Source: a virus
Taxonomy: Duplodnaviria > Heunggongvirae > Uroviricota > Caudoviricetes
Reading direction: 5' to 3' (one strand)
Length of the DNA: 64,000 bases
Virus record (IMG/VR): IMGVR_UViG_3300033233_000013
Coordinates: 50,857 to 114,856 of that record
Part shown: positions 63,328 through 64,000 of the stretch, piece after piece
Numbering within the stretch: the first letter of the stretch is position 1
Layout of the letters: every line of letters begins with the position of its first letter
Made by a program: the position numbers and the translations under genes
The notes under the pieces: generated by a model
What the model was told of the DNA's origin: nothing
The model's database searches: none
What the model saw: only the letters and a program-made list of their open reading frames with translations

Positions 63328-63788
63328 ACGAGTCCCCGCCAGACCGCCAGCGTGCGGAGCGGCTTCCCGTCAATCTCCCCGCCGAGATTCGCGAGCTGCA
63401 CGCGCTGGGTGACGAGGAGGAGCGCACGCACGCGGTCGTGCTGCGCGTAGCGCGTCAGCTGCTCCAGCACGGCCGACGGGCCGCCCTTGATCTTCACCTC
63501 GACCCCGATCGCGCCGACCAGGAAGTCGATGCGGTCCTCCGGGGTGAGCGCGACCTCGCGCTCGAACGCGATCCGCTCGTGCTGGAAGATGAGCGCGAGC
63601 CCGTCCTGCACCTCGCGCTCACCCGTGCCGCGGACACCGTAGTGACGCAGCACGGTCACGAGCTCGTCGAGCGTCGAGGGTGGGACAGGGGCGGTCGTGG
63701 CGCGTCGGCTCAACGCATCTCCTCCGTCAGCGCGAGAGGCCGGCGCGCCAGCGCCGGCCTCCGCATGGGTTTGCTCTCCGCGTCCCAC
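63324..63788 (-). CDS. PD-(D/E)xK nuclease, VRR-NUC-like, in the usual partnership with an SNF2 helicase. The true start is probably downstream of the track start.
   Basis: ...EDRIDFLVGAIGVEVKIKGG... (D...EVK core). The first ~30 codons of the track ORF overlap a hairpin and are likely non-coding. Confidence 0.45.
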   Translation of the reverse strand: MGRGEQTHAEAGAGAPASRADGGDALSRRATTAPVPPSTLDELVTVLRHYGVRGTGEREVQDGLALIFQHERIAFEREVALTPEDRIDFLVGAIGVEVKIKGGPSAVLEQLTRYAQHDRVRALLLVTQRVQLANLGGEIDGKPLRTLAVWRGLV

Positions 63789-63801
63789 GTCCGTGGGACG
63801 C
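63780..63801 (-). other. Perfect 10-bp stem / 2-nt loop hairpin (GCGTCCCACG-tc-CGTGGGACGC) between the acidic-peptide gene and the nuclease gene
   Basis: Inverted repeat read from the sequence. No U-tract follows on the minus strand. Confidence 0.5.
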
Positions 63802-63802
63802 G

Positions 63803-63889
63803 TTACTCGTCGTCGTCCTCGTCCTCGAAGTCGTCGTCGTCTTCATCGTCGTCCTCGACGGGCTCCGTGGGCGGGATCTTGTCGTCCAT
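63803..63889 (-). CDS. Extremely acidic 28-aa peptide MDDKIPPTEPVEDDDEDDDDFEDEDDDE
   Basis: ATG preceded by AAAGGGGGTGAGG (a strong Shine-Dalgarno at -6). An in-frame stop lies 16 codons upstream, so a longer form is unlikely. Confidence 0.4.
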   Translation of the reverse strand: MDDKIPPTEPVEDDDEDDDDFEDEDDDE

Positions 63890-64000
63890 CGCCTCACCCC
63901 CTTTCGTCCGATCGCTTCCGCGATACGGGTGCTCTCGTCACCTTCGGCTCGCTCGTGACGCTGCGGTGTGCCAAACTCCGGCGATTAGGCAGGGCTTGAC

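Noticed and set aside
63780-63801. Hairpins at 63780-63801, 4438-4462 and 49764-49790 as rho-independent terminators
   Set aside because: They are perfect GC-rich stems, but none is followed by a U-tract on the transcribed (minus) strand. They are annotated only as structures or dyad operators.
1-64000. Integrase, att sites, tRNA, rRNA or CRISPR elements delimiting a prophage
   Set aside because: None was seen on either strand. The window is phage-like end to end, so prophage versus free phage cannot be decided here.

Overview
This 64-kb, ~70% GC window appears to be one continuous segment of a large tailed-phage or prophage genome, almost entirely encoded on the minus strand. I found no rRNA, tRNA, CRISPR array, integrase or att site, so whether it is a prophage or a free phage cannot be decided from this window. 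The provided ORF track omits ORFs that run off the window edge and often extends real genes 5' into Arg/Ser/Pro-rich out-of-frame sequence. I therefore moved many starts to internal Met/Val codons. These almost always fall on an ATGA/GTGA start-stop overlap with the upstream gene.

Reading the minus strand 5'->3' (64 kb down to 1), the order is as follows.
- **Early / DNA-metabolism module:** an acidic 28-aa peptide, a PD-(D/E)xK (VRR-NUC-like) nuclease, an SNF2 helicase, small membrane and secreted Cys-rich proteins, a SNF2-helicase::beta-class DNA methyltransferase fusion that appears to carry a LAGLIDADG intein, and an SPFH/band-7 protein.
- **Packaging module:** terminase small and large subunits, six small genes including a sigma-70 region-4-like HTH protein, and the portal.
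- **Cargo island (~12 kb):** three giant signal-peptide proteins (a pectate-lyase-like beta-helix, a Cys-rich repeat protein with an SGNH hydrolase, and a Cys-rich/PT-linker protein with an HExxH motif), followed by a 13-residue tandem-repeat protein.
- **Polyvalent-protein locus (~16 kb):** a MuF-like head-morphogenesis protein, a sigma-like regulator, two proteins sharing a recurring LxLKA...GSRGG...WRYG motif, a lipoprotein, a secreted beta-helix protein, an HNH endonuclease, a ~900-aa polyvalent protein (Zn-ribbon, RadC/JAB, family-I inorganic pyrophosphatase, RelA/SpoT-like nucleotidyltransferase), and a ~1790-aa giant protein ending in an SF2/SNF2-like helicase.
- **Head and tail modules:** prohead protease, scaffold, major capsid, head-tail joining proteins, sheath-like and tube proteins, a G/GT tail chaperone with a GGGAAAA -1 frameshift, and a tape-measure protein with a lytic-transglycosylase domain that runs off the left edge.
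- **Plus-strand exceptions:** two HNH endonucleases embedded antisense in structural operons, and a two-gene moron (membrane plus secreted protein) between GT and the tape-measure gene.

A 17-bp motif, CTTGGCACGATTGACG(G), is perfect at three sites and has one mismatch at a fourth, with one partial fifth, all in intergenic regions upstream of minus-strand operons. It is probably a phage late promoter or operator.
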